Shown in pieces: positions 1-9,547 of a stretch of 64,000 nt of DNA. The translations under genes and the position numbers were made by a program. The notes beneath the pieces are model-generated. The model was not told the origin of the DNA, made no database searches, and was given only the letters and a program-made list of their open reading frames with translations. This DNA is from Clostridia bacterium. Lineage in GTDB: Bacteria; Bacillota; Clostridia; Oscillospirales; CAG-272. Each line of letters starts with the position of its first letter. Within the stretch, counting starts at the first letter, position 1. Location: the NCBI GenBank assembly GCA_017625935.1, contig JAGALA010000015.1, positions 7,696-71,695 of the forward strand. Direction: 5' to 3'.

Positions 1-36
1 TAAATGGGATTTTACCGCGCTTTCACACAGCTTCCC

Positions 37-2400
37 TTATTTTGAGAAAACAAGTGTTAAAGCCTCGCCCTTTGTGAGAGATACCGTGTAATAGCCGTTT
101 TTGTCGGGGGTGGAGTTGAGTCCGTCAACGAGAGCTTTATACTCGGGGCTGAGGAGCTTGAAGGTTACGTCATCGCGCGCGGAAAGCGTGGCTTTAACGG
201 TTGATTTATCCCAAATTAGCGACACGCCCACGCCAATTTGCGTGCAAATGCCTGTTATGCTGCCGCACTCAAGCTCGGCGGGCAGAGCGGGCAAAATCTC
301 GATTTTCTCGGTTGTAGAATAAACGAGCGCTTCGTAAACTGCGGCGGTAAAGCCCATATTTGCATCTATTTGGAAGGGCGGCTTGCCTGCGTGCATAAAT
401 TTGAGCGTAACACCCATATTGCGCCAATCGTTGTGGTATGTAAAGAGGTTTTGTCCCGTGCAGAAGCGCAGGAGCAAATCAAGGCATTTTTTCACGCCGT
501 CCTTGTCCTTTAAGCGTGCATAAATGTTTGCCATATGGGAAAGCGACCAGCCCGTTTGCTCCTTGAGACCTATAACCAAGCGCTTGTCAACCGCAACGCG
601 GCACGCTTCAAAAAGCTCACGGTTATCTCTGTCAATTTCGTAGCCCGGGAAGAGAGGATATATATGTGACTGATGCCTGTGGTGGTAGTTGTCGAGGAAG
701 TCGGGGTGGAGCCATTCCTTCATTGCTCCGTCCTCGTTTATTTCATATTCGGGGATTGCATCTATCATTTTTTGATATCTTTCGGCGTCTGCTTCGTCAA
801 TTCCGAGCAGCTTTGATGAGAAAATGAGGTTGGAAAGCAGCTCCTTGAGCAGCGCAAAGTCCATTGTCGGATTGATGCACACGCTCATCTCTCCCGCGCC
901 CTCAAAATTGCCGTTTGGACGGTTTTCGGGTGAGTCGGCAGGGTAGGACTTCAGCTTGCCGTTTTCGTCGTAAACGTAAAAGTCCTCGTAGAAAAGCGCA
1001 CATTCCTTCATAAAGGGGTAAGCACGGTTCTTTAAAAACTCGGTGTCCTTGGTGAAAAGATAGTATTCAAAATAAATGGCACTAATCCAAGCAGAGCTAC
1101 CCGTCCAGTAGAGCACGTGCGGCTGCAAATTCTTCTTTTTGCCGCACCCGTTGTCCATAAACAGGGGCAGGAGCAATCCGCGGCAGCCGTATAGCTTGCG
1201 TGCGTTTTCGCGGTAATCCTCCTTGAAGCTATCGTAAAGATTGAATAGCGGCAAAAGCGCTTCGCTAAGACCGCCGCGGCACGCCTGCCAATATGCCATT
1301 TGGATGTTTTCGTTGTTAAAATAGGTGCAAGCCCACGCAGGGGAGTAGTCGCCGTTCCAAATTCCTTGAAGGTTAGCGGGAAATTCACAGCCGATGGATG
1401 AGGAAACAAGCAGGTATCTGCCAAAGTCCGCCATTTTTTCAATCAGTCGGTTGTCAACCGCACCGTCGTAGCTCTTTAGTAAAAGCTCCTCGGTGGAGAT
1501 GTTTTCCTCGTTTGAAAAGCTAAGCCCTGTGCGCTCGAAAAGTGAAGAAAACCTCACCCTGTGTCTGAATTTGATGGTTTGGTAGTCATCCTCAAAGGAA
1601 AGCGTCTTGTATAGATTTTTAGCACCCACGGGTGTTTTTTCACACTTTATTGCCAAAACAACCTCGGTTGCGCCGCTTATTCTTAAAAATCCGTCAAAGC
1701 AAGATTCGCCTGACATATCGATGTTGCGCTTTTTGTCCGTGCCGTCGGAAATTTCGCCGTCTGTTTTTATAACCTTTATCATACCCGAGTAGTGTAGACC
1801 GCCCCACGTTTCAAACTCGGAGTAGATTGATTTTTTGTATAGCTCGCGCGTTTGCTTTGATGCGCCGCCCTCGTCGGGTAAATCACAAAGGTCGTGCTTT
1901 TCAAGAGCAAGCTTTACGCCAAACGGCTCCTCGGCGCGCAGGCGCACGAACACCGCGCACTCCTTCCCCGATGCGAAAATTTCGCGCTTGAGCTTTTTGC
2001 CGTTTTCGCGGTATCTCACCGTACAGATGCCGTTTTTCATATCGAGGCTTCTTGAATAATCGGTGAATGCATTTTGGTTTTCAAAAAGCATATGCAAATC
2101 AAAGGCGGGGTAGTATTTTCCGCTTGACGGACGGTAATTTTCCGCCTCAAGAGCTTTTTTGTAGTATTGCTCCGCCGTTTTGTAATCTCCCTTGTCCATC
2201 AAGTCGCGCACGATGGGAAGGGATGCGGAGATATCGGGGATTTGTTTGTCCTCGCACCAGTTGAAAAGTGATTCGTGATTTATTAAAATCCTCTCGTCGT
2301 AAACCGCGCCGTAAACAAGCGCGCCCATAACGCCGTTTCCCACAGGCGTTGCGTCATTCCATCTTGTCGCAGGGTATTTATTAATAAGTATTTTTTCCAT
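37..2400 (-). CDS. GH95 alpha-1,2-L-fucosidase-like glycoside hydrolase
   Basis: N-terminal PVGNGxMGA, FGRYLLVSSS, PANLQGIWN, HHRHQSH and FQIDANMG motifs typical of GH95. Start moved to ATG 2400, which has a GAGGT RBS. Confidence 0.88.
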   Translation of the reverse strand: MEKILINKYPATRWNDATPVGNGVMGALVYGAVYDERILINHESLFNWCEDKQIPDISASLPIVRDLMDKGDYKTAEQYYKKALEAENYRPSSGKYYPAFDLHMLFENQNAFTDYSRSLDMKNGICTVRYRENGKKLKREIFASGKECAVFVRLRAEEPFGVKLALEKHDLCDLPDEGGASKQTRELYKKSIYSEFETWGGLHYSGMIKVIKTDGEISDGTDKKRNIDMSGESCFDGFLRISGATEVVLAIKCEKTPVGAKNLYKTLSFEDDYQTIKFRHRVRFSSLFERTGLSFSNEENISTEELLLKSYDGAVDNRLIEKMADFGRYLLVSSSIGCEFPANLQGIWNGDYSPAWACTYFNNENIQMAYWQACRGGLSEALLPLFNLYDSFKEDYRENARKLYGCRGLLLPLFMDNGCGKKKNLQPHVLYWTGSSAWISAIYFEYYLFTKDTEFLKNRAYPFMKECALFYEDFYVYDENGKLKSYPADSPENRPNGNFEGAGEMSVCINPTMDFALLKELLSNLIFSSKLLGIDEADAERYQKMIDAIPEYEINEDGAMKEWLHPDFLDNYHHRHQSHIYPLFPGYEIDRDNRELFEACRVAVDKRLVIGLKEQTGWSLSHMANIYARLKDKDGVKKCLDLLLRFCTGQNLFTYHNDWRNMGVTLKFMHAGKPPFQIDANMGFTAAVYEALVYSTTEKIEILPALPAELECGSITGICTQIGVGVSLIWDKSTVKATLSARDDVTFKLLSPEYKALVDGLNSTPDKNGYYTVSLTKGEALTLVFSK

Positions 2401-2493
2401 AGCTACCTCACAAAAAATCGGGGGGAGTGTCGCATTTTTGCGCTTTTTTGCCGCCGATTGCTTTTCAGCCGCCAAAAATTTACGGCTAAATTC

Positions 2494-2522
2494 AGTATAT
2501 CAAAAAAATAATCGATTGTCAA
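2494..2522 (-). promoter_or_regulatory. SigA-type promoter for the GH95 gene
   Basis: Minus strand TTGACA-17 nt-TATACT with a TG extension. Confidence 0.7.
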
Positions 2523-2534
2523 TTCCTTTATTGC

Positions 2535-2563
2535 TTGACATTTACATAAGTAAATGATAAAAT
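2535..2563 (+). promoter_or_regulatory. SigA-type promoter for the GH29 gene, with an overlapping palindrome
   Basis: TTGACA-17 nt-TAAAAT. The dyad CATTTAC-ATAA-GTAAATG (2539-2556) fills the spacer. Confidence 0.7.
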
Positions 2564-2637
2564 CAAATCAGATGCGGCTGATGCTTTATCTGTCGGTGCG
2601 CGTCTTACAATTTTGAGATTGTTTTGAGGAGAGAAAA

Positions 2638-3930
2638 ATGAGTATTCAAAGTGAAAGAGCAATGAGGACGAAGGGCTACTGCCACGACCGCTTCGGTATG
2701 TTTATACACTGGGGGCTTTATGCAATTTCCGCACGCGGTGAGTGGGTGCGCTCAACGGAGAGAATAACCGTCGAGGACTACCAAAAGTATTTTGACACCT
2801 TTGACCCTGTAAATTACGACCCGAAAAAATGGGCGCGTCTTGCTAAACAGGCAGGAATGAAATATGCGGTGCTTACAACGAAGCATCATGACGGCTTCTG
2901 CCTTTTTGACAGTAAGCTCACCGACTATAAGGCGACAAACACACCGGCAGGACGTGACCTTGTGCGCGAATACGTTGATGCCTTCCGCGCCGAGGGCATA
3001 AAGGTTGGCTTTTACTACTCACTCATTGACTGGCACCACCCCGACTACCCTGCATACAAGGATGCGCACCACCCGATGAGGGGCAACGAAGCGTATAAGC
3101 ACCAAAACGGAGAGCATTTTGAGCGTTACCTTGAATATATGCACGGACAGGTAAGAGAGCTGCTCACAAATTACGGCAAGATTGATATAATTTGGTTTGA
3201 CTTTTCATATGACGAAATGACCGCGGAGAAGTGGCGCGCAACCGATATGGTGAAAATGGCGCGTGAGCTTCAGCCCGGCATTATAATTGACAACCGTATG
3301 GGTGGCGACGTTTGTTCAGCCGAGCCTGAGATTTATTCGGGCGATTTCGCATCTCCCGAGCAAATGATTCCCGCGTGGGGCGTGCGTGACGTAAACGGCG
3401 ACCCTGTGCCGTGGGAAACCTGCATCACATTAAACGGCCATTGGGGCTACTGTGCGGGCGACCACAACTACAAGAGTGCAAGAAACGTAATAAATATGCT
3501 TATGGAATGCGTGAGCAAGGGCGGAAACCTCCTTCTTAACGTAGGACCCGATGCAAAGGGCAACATACCTGACGAGTCAATTGAGATTCTTTGCGAGGTT
3601 GGTGAGTGGATGCGCTTAAACTCCGAGGCGGTTTACGGCTGCGGCATTGCCGATATTCCAAAGCACGATTGGGGCAGAATCACAAAGGGCGACGGCGCAA
3701 TTTACCTCTACGTTCAGGATACCTGCTGTGAGGATATTGCAATTTACGATTGCCCGTACAAGACAAAGGGTGCAATTTTGCTTGGCGACGGAAGCGAGCT
3801 GATAACAAGCGAGCCGTGGAACGCGCATAGTTACAAGACAAACGGCAAGGTGCCCGTGTTTGTAAGAACGCCCGAGTTTAAGAACCTAAACGGAAACAAA
3901 AATGTAATTAAGGTGTTTATAGAGGAATAA
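2638..3930 (+). CDS. GH29 alpha-L-fucosidase
   Basis: RFGMFIHWGLY, TTKHHDGF, IIWFD (nucleophile), WETC, GGNLLLNVGP. Confidence 0.93.
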   Translation: MSIQSERAMRTKGYCHDRFGMFIHWGLYAISARGEWVRSTERITVEDYQKYFDTFDPVNYDPKKWARLAKQAGMKYAVLTTKHHDGFCLFDSKLTDYKATNTPAGRDLVREYVDAFRAEGIKVGFYYSLIDWHHPDYPAYKDAHHPMRGNEAYKHQNGEHFERYLEYMHGQVRELLTNYGKIDIIWFDFSYDEMTAEKWRATDMVKMARELQPGIIIDNRMGGDVCSAEPEIYSGDFASPEQMIPAWGVRDVNGDPVPWETCITLNGHWGYCAGDHNYKSARNVINMLMECVSKGGNLLLNVGPDAKGNIPDESIEILCEVGEWMRLNSEAVYGCGIADIPKHDWGRITKGDGAIYLYVQDTCCEDIAIYDCPYKTKGAILLGDGSELITSEPWNAHSYKTNGKVPVFVRTPEFKNLNGNKNVIKVFIEE

Positions 3931-3932
3931 AT

Positions 3933-3970
3933 AAAAAGCAGGATTTCGCCGCGGCGGAATTCTGCTTTTT
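3933..3970 (+). terminator. Intrinsic terminator
   Basis: AAAAGCAGGATTTCGCC-GC-GGCGGAATTCTGCTTTTT hairpin after the stop. Confidence 0.8.
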
Positions 3971-4055
3971 GCTTTGCAAGCTGTTGTGATTTTATTATTT
4001 TTTGTACAATTTTAGTCTAAATAATAAATAAAATGTAAACAGATGATAAATTCTA

Positions 4056-4084
4056 TTGACAAGCGCGTAATATTTTGCTAAACT
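4056..4084 (+). promoter_or_regulatory. SigA-type promoter of the MoxR operon
   Basis: TTGACA-17 nt-TAAACT with extended TG. Confidence 0.65.
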
Positions 4085-4166
4085 AAATCCGACTATATAT
4101 TTTTATATAAACTATTTAAATATTTAATATATAATTGTGAATTATGCATAAGGAAAGGATGATACA

Positions 4167-5771
4167 ATGCAAAGGGAACAAAACGTATCAGAAAAAATCC
4201 ACTCCGTAGGCGAAGATGCTTTGATAAACGGCGCAAGGGTGAGAGCTCTTGCAAGCGAAGATGGAAAGAGGAAAAAGGACGGCTTTGCTAAATTAAAGCG
4301 CCGTGCAAATGCGATGCATCTTATAAGGTCGCTGCTCCTCGGCTTTACCTCAGCTTGGCTGACAGGTGCGCTTGTCTTATCGATTGTCAGGTTTTTCCCA
4401 CTTTACGGGGATCAATATCAGCTAATTGACTTACTTTACACCGCGCTCCCATCAGGCCTTGCACAGCTTGTTGGCTTGGCGGTTGGCTTTGGCACTTGGT
4501 TTATTTTGAGGCGAAACGACAAGGTGCTGGCAAAGCGGTTTGACAGTCAGTTTGATTTCAAGGAGGGAATGCAAACCTCGCTTGAATACAAGGACGATAC
4601 GGGTGCTATGGCAACTCTTTTACGCGACAGCATGAAGGAGAAAACCGAGGCGGTAAACACGAAGGAAATTAAAATAAAGGCGCTTCCTGCTTACATAGTG
4701 GCGGCGGTGATCAGCTTTGTTCTTTGCGTTGTGATGCTGTTTATGCCGTATAACGTAATTGAGCGCCCCGGCGATAAGGTTGAGCCGTTTGAATTAAGCG
4801 AAATTCAAATTGCACAGATTGAGGCAATTATTTTGCGCGTTGAGTCCTCCGAGATGGAAGAGGGTGCGCGCGCTCAGGTGGCGACGGAATTAAAGGCGCT
4901 GCTTGATGTTTTGAAAATCACCAAGGAAAAGGACACAGCGCTTGAGTTGATTTCCTTAAGCGTACTGAAAATTGACGACATCACGGAAAAAACGGGTACA
5001 AGCTATGATTTGTACGATACCTTGGTCACGGGCGATACGATATTTACAAGGGACGTTGGCAGACTGCTCACGCTTCACAATTGGGAAAAATTCAAGATAA
5101 AGCGCGAGAGAATGAGAGCGTACTTTGAGCACGCGGAGTTCGGCACGGAAAATGCGGACATTGAAAAGATAAATACCGAAACAATAGGGCTTATCAAGGA
5201 CAGCGCGCTGAGCCTTAAAAATCAGCTTGCAAAAAGCGGAATTGATGAAAACGATGCATTATACAGTGAGCTTTTGAATCTTGCAAACGGGCTTGAGTCA
5301 ATAGCGTCCGACCTTGAAAACGGACTTATCAACTACCGCGCGGCGGTTGGCACCTCGGAGCAGGGTGAGATTTTCTTTTTGCTTGGTGACAAGATATATC
5401 AGGAGCTTGACAAGCAAAACAAAAACTACTCCGTTGGCTTCGGTGCAAGCGACGAGATAAGAGAAATGTTCGGCTTGCCGCCTGTGAACCGTGAGGACAA
5501 CAAAACCGAAAAGAAGCCGACAGACGTCGATGATCCCGACAATAAGGACGAGGAGGGCAATCACGGCGGCGGCTACGGTGACGGAGACGTTTTCGGCAGT
5601 AACGATGCAATCTACGACAGAGACGAGAACGCACACATTAAATACGGTCAAGTGCTTGATGCGTATTATCAGATAATGACAAATTCAAATTATACCGAAG
5701 AGGAAAAGAAAGCAATTCAAAGCTATTTTGAAATCCTATACAGAGGTCTTGAAGAAGAGAAAGGTGAGTAA
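4167..5771 (+). CDS. Membrane-anchored helical protein typical of MoxR/VWA operons
   Basis: Three N-terminal hydrophobic segments, a long helical region, a Gly/acidic linker and a C-terminal 'KAIQSYFEIL' helix. First gene of the moxR operon. Confidence 0.6.
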   Translation: MQREQNVSEKIHSVGEDALINGARVRALASEDGKRKKDGFAKLKRRANAMHLIRSLLLGFTSAWLTGALVLSIVRFFPLYGDQYQLIDLLYTALPSGLAQLVGLAVGFGTWFILRRNDKVLAKRFDSQFDFKEGMQTSLEYKDDTGAMATLLRDSMKEKTEAVNTKEIKIKALPAYIVAAVISFVLCVVMLFMPYNVIERPGDKVEPFELSEIQIAQIEAIILRVESSEMEEGARAQVATELKALLDVLKITKEKDTALELISLSVLKIDDITEKTGTSYDLYDTLVTGDTIFTRDVGRLLTLHNWEKFKIKRERMRAYFEHAEFGTENADIEKINTETIGLIKDSALSLKNQLAKSGIDENDALYSELLNLANGLESIASDLENGLINYRAAVGTSEQGEIFFLLGDKIYQELDKQNKNYSVGFGASDEIREMFGLPPVNREDNKTEKKPTDVDDPDNKDEEGNHGGGYGDGDVFGSNDAIYDRDENAHIKYGQVLDAYYQIMTNSNYTEEEKKAIQSYFEILYRGLEEEKGE

Positions 5772-5776
5772 TTAAA

Positions 5777-6784
5777 ATGGAAAACAAAGCACAAAACACA
5801 GAAAAGCAGCTTGAAAAGGTAAAAGCATTCAGCGAGAAGGTTGCTAAAATTAAGAATGAATTAAAAAAGGACGTTGTCGGACAAGCTGAAATTATCGATA
5901 ACGTAATCATTGCAATTGTTGCAGGCGGTAACGTGCTCCTCGAGGGTGTGCCCGGCGTTGGTAAGACACGTTTGGTTCGTTCCCTTGGCAGAGTTTTATC
6001 TCTCCCATTCTCACGTATTCAGTTTACCCCTGACCTAATGCCATCTGACGTTACGGGTGCAAACATCGTTGAAAAGGACGAAAACGGCAGACTCAACACA
6101 TCCTTCAGAAAGGGTCCTATCTTTGCAAACTTAGTGCTTGCGGACGAAATTAACCGTGCAACACCGAAGACACAGTCCGCTATGCTTGAGGTAATGCAGG
6201 AGCATAAGGTAACTGTCGGCAACGACGTACATAAAATCAGCGAGCCGTTCTTCGTGCTTGCAACGGAGAACCCGATAGAGCAGGACGGTACTTATCCGCT
6301 TCCCGAGGCTCAAATGGACCGTTTCGTTTTCAAGCTTATCGTTAATTTCCCATCCGATGACGAGCTTATCGACATCGTTAAAATGACACAAAAAACACTT
6401 GCCGAAACTGCCGAGGCAGTTATTAACGGTGAGGAAATTTTGGAGATGAGAGAGCTTGCAACGGAGGTTTTGGTTGCCGACGACGTGCTTGCTTACGCAA
6501 TTAAGCTCGTCTCGGGCACACACCCCGAGCTTCCCTCGGCTGCTCCTTCAACAAAGAAATACGTAAAATACGGTGCATCCCCCCGTGCGGCTCAGGCACT
6601 TATGACCTGTGCAAGAGTAAAGGCACTTATGGACGGCAGATACAACGTGTCCTACGACGATATCAGCGAGCTTGCTTATCCCGTGCTTCGCCACAGAATT
6701 AAGGTGAACTTCACGGCGATAAACGACAAGCTTGGCGTTGACGACGTAATTTCAATGATAATTAAGGAAACAAAGAAGGCGTAA
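5777..6784 (+). CDS. moxR: MoxR-family AAA+ ATPase
   Basis: Walker A GVPGVGKT, RIQFTPDLMPSD, Walker B LADEINRA, GTYPLPEAQMDRF, GASPRA. Confidence 0.95.
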   Translation: MENKAQNTEKQLEKVKAFSEKVAKIKNELKKDVVGQAEIIDNVIIAIVAGGNVLLEGVPGVGKTRLVRSLGRVLSLPFSRIQFTPDLMPSDVTGANIVEKDENGRLNTSFRKGPIFANLVLADEINRATPKTQSAMLEVMQEHKVTVGNDVHKISEPFFVLATENPIEQDGTYPLPEAQMDRFVFKLIVNFPSDDELIDIVKMTQKTLAETAEAVINGEEILEMRELATEVLVADDVLAYAIKLVSGTHPELPSAAPSTKKYVKYGASPRAAQALMTCARVKALMDGRYNVSYDDISELAYPVLRHRIKVNFTAINDKLGVDDVISMIIKETKKA

Positions 6785-6785
6785 A

Positions 6786-7670
6786 ATGGGTAAATTCACA
6801 ATAAACGAGGAGCTTTTGGCGCAGATTGAGTCGCTTCAAAGCATCCTTAAAAACAATGTTGCCGGTATGTTTGGCGGTAACCGCCAATCAAAAAGCTTCG
6901 GCTCATCCTGTGAATTTGCTGACTACCGCGATTATCTCCCCGGAGATGATATAAACAAGATAGACTGGAACGCATATGCGCGCTTTGATAAGCTTTATGA
7001 AAAGCTTTATTATGACGAAAGGCAGATGCACACAAGAATTTATATAGACGCAAGCCGTTCTATGATTCACGGAAGTGAGGAAAAGGCGGAGGCGGCGCTC
7101 AGGCTTGCCGCCGCCCTTGCATACCTCTCCGTTTGCGAAATGGAAAAGGTGTCTATATATGCCATTCACGGCAAAACGGTTGACTGCGTGGTTTCGGGTA
7201 TGGTAGGCAAGGAGTCCTATCTTACCGAAATAGGCAAATTAAACGATATAGAATTCTTTGGTGATTTTTGCTTAAGCGATGCGATTTTGCCAACCACGGT
7301 TGGCAGGGGCGACGGCTTCTCGGTGATTATTTCGGACTTTTTGACCGATGAAAACTTTGAGGGCGCTATTGACCATCTCGTTTCCAAGAAAAGAGACGTT
7401 ATGTGCTTGCAGGTTCTATCAAGCGACGAATTAAATCCGAAGCTCCGCGGTAAAATGCACCTTTTTGATTCAGAGGATTCGGCGAAAGCATACCGAAAAA
7501 AGATTGACAAGGATATTGTCAAGGCGTATAAGGAAGCGCTTCGCTTCATTATCGAAAGAGTTAAAAATTATTGCGAGGCAAGGGGCGCGACGTATCTCTT
7601 AGCTCCTGCGAGTGCAAGCATTTTTGATATATTCTTCGGAAAAATGGTAGATTTGGGGGTATTGAAATGA
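6786..7670 (+). CDS. DUF58 (VWA-like) MoxR partner
   Basis: EFADYRDYLPGDDINKIDWNAYAR, MIDAS-like DASRSM, IISDF. Confidence 0.9.
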   Translation: MGKFTINEELLAQIESLQSILKNNVAGMFGGNRQSKSFGSSCEFADYRDYLPGDDINKIDWNAYARFDKLYEKLYYDERQMHTRIYIDASRSMIHGSEEKAEAALRLAAALAYLSVCEMEKVSIYAIHGKTVDCVVSGMVGKESYLTEIGKLNDIEFFGDFCLSDAILPTTVGRGDGFSVIISDFLTDENFEGAIDHLVSKKRDVMCLQVLSSDELNPKLRGKMHLFDSEDSAKAYRKKIDKDIVKAYKEALRFIIERVKNYCEARGATYLLAPASASIFDIFFGKMVDLGVLK

Positions 7671-9547
7671 TATTAACGTATCCGCTTTGCCTCCTTGCCT
7701 TACTCGGCATTCCGGCGATAATCATTATTTATATTATAAAGAGCCAATATACGGAGCAAACCGTCAGCACAACGTATATCTGGACGCTTAGCGAAAAATT
7801 CTTAAAGAGGAGAAATCCACTAAGCGGCCTTTCGGGCATTATTGCGCTGATTTTACAGCTCCTTATGATACTTTTAATCTCACTTGCGCTCATTATGCCT
7901 ATTTTCACCTTGAAGGACAGGGCAAATGAGTACACCTTTATTCTTGACGCGTCAGCTTCTATGAATATGGAAAGCGCGGACGGCAAAACACGCTTTGAGC
8001 GCGGCAAGGAGGAGATTGATAAGCTCATTGAAAAAGCACCGAACGGCAGTGAATACACCTTGATTTACGCAGGTGGCGAAGCTTCGACCGTTTACGAGGG
8101 CTTAAAGAGCAAGGAAAATGCAAGAAAGCTTCTTTCCGACCTTGCCCCATCATACACAACAGCTGACATTACCGAGGCGACAGGTCTTGCACAAAAGAGA
8201 TTTGATGCGCGCCCCGGCACCTTAACCTACCTTGTTACCGATAAAACCTACCGTACACACCAAAACGTGACGATAGTGAACGTGTCGGGCAGTGAGGACA
8301 ACTTTGGCATTACCGCCCTTGAATGTGAAATGAAATCAGAGGGTGCGGACAAGAATGCGCTTTACGTCAACGGTATATTAAACTCCTACAAGAAGGGGAC
8401 AACCTTAAAGGTTGAAATTTTCGTTGACGGGGCAGAGACACCTGACGCAAGCGCGACCTTTGTTGTGCCGCTCGGCGCTGACTTCAAGTTTGAAATTCCG
8501 CCGATTATGCTGAAAAAGCCAAGCTACGCAAGCGTTAAGGCTGTGATTTCAAATGCGGATTCATACGGTGCTGACAGCGAGGCTATCGTATATAACCTCA
8601 AAAACGAAAAGCAGTACAAGACCATAATTGTCAGTGAAACACCGTTCTTCTTGCAGGCGGCTGTCGGCTCACTCGGCGATTACGACGTAACCACCGTTAC
8701 CCCTTCAGAGTATGAAGAAAAGTACGCGGAAAATGACTACGGCTTATACATTTTCGATTCCTATACTCCCGCTAACCTTCCCGACAGCGGTGCGGTTTGG
8801 ATGATAAACTCCGATAGCAGCCTTGAAAATACGGGCTTCAGCTATCGCTCCGACGTGGTTTTGAACGAGCCTGTTGTGATGGAAAAATCAACCTCGTCAC
8901 AAACCGCAGTAAGAAAGCTGCTTGACGGTCTTATCACAAAGGATATTTACTTAATTAAGTATTTAAGGTATAGCACCTACGGCGACTATATGACGCTTTA
9001 TTCGTATGATGGCGTGCCGCTTATTATGGCGGGCGAAAACCTATACGGAAACAGAACGGTTGTCTTTGCATTCGACCTTCACGACTCGAACCTGCCTGCA
9101 ACGGGCGATTTTGTAAATCTTGTGGGCAACCTGCTTGATTATTCGTTCCCATCCGTGCTTGACGGTTCAAGCTATACAGCGGGTGACGAGATAATTATTA
9201 ATACGGTTGCAAACAGCGAAAGCGTTAAGGTGACCGCGCCAAGCGGAAAGGTAAAATACCTTGACACGCAGAAAACAATGAATGAATACGTGCTTGATGA
9301 AATCGGCACGTACACAGTAGAGGTAGAGGCAGGCGGAAGCGTGCGCGAGCATAAGCTATTTGCCGAAGCACCGCGTGAGGAGCGCGTGCCTACTGTAATT
9401 GAACCGAATTTCTCCATAATAGGTACGCCGAGCGGCGACCGCCTTGATGGAGAGTTCAACCCCGCTATCATTATATTTATAGCTATAATGGTTATTTTTG
9501 CGGCAGATTGGATGGTGTATATGTATGAGAAGCGTCAACTTCGATAA
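7667..9547 (+). CDS. BatA-like N-terminal domain plus VWA domain membrane protein
   Basis: BatA-like hydrophobic N-terminus, MIDAS LDASASM, LVTD, C-terminal TM helix. ATGA overlap with DUF58. Confidence 0.8.
   Translation: MILTYPLCLLALLGIPAIIIIYIIKSQYTEQTVSTTYIWTLSEKFLKRRNPLSGLSGIIALILQLLMILLISLALIMPIFTLKDRANEYTFILDASASMNMESADGKTRFERGKEEIDKLIEKAPNGSEYTLIYAGGEASTVYEGLKSKENARKLLSDLAPSYTTADITEATGLAQKRFDARPGTLTYLVTDKTYRTHQNVTIVNVSGSEDNFGITALECEMKSEGADKNALYVNGILNSYKKGTTLKVEIFVDGAETPDASATFVVPLGADFKFEIPPIMLKKPSYASVKAVISNADSYGADSEAIVYNLKNEKQYKTIIVSETPFFLQAAVGSLGDYDVTTVTPSEYEEKYAENDYGLYIFDSYTPANLPDSGAVWMINSDSSLENTGFSYRSDVVLNEPVVMEKSTSSQTAVRKLLDGLITKDIYLIKYLRYSTYGDYMTLYSYDGVPLIMAGENLYGNRTVVFAFDLHDSNLPATGDFVNLVGNLLDYSFPSVLDGSSYTAGDEIIINTVANSESVKVTAPSGKVKYLDTQKTMNEYVLDEIGTYTVEVEAGGSVREHKLFAEAPREERVPTVIEPNFSIIGTPSGDRLDGEFNPAIIIFIAIMVIFAADWMVYMYEKRQLR

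Noticed and set aside
2401-2475. Extended N-terminus of the GH95 ORF
   Set aside because: The RBS sits before ATG 2400 and family similarity starts there. Similar upstream extensions were trimmed for several other ORFs.
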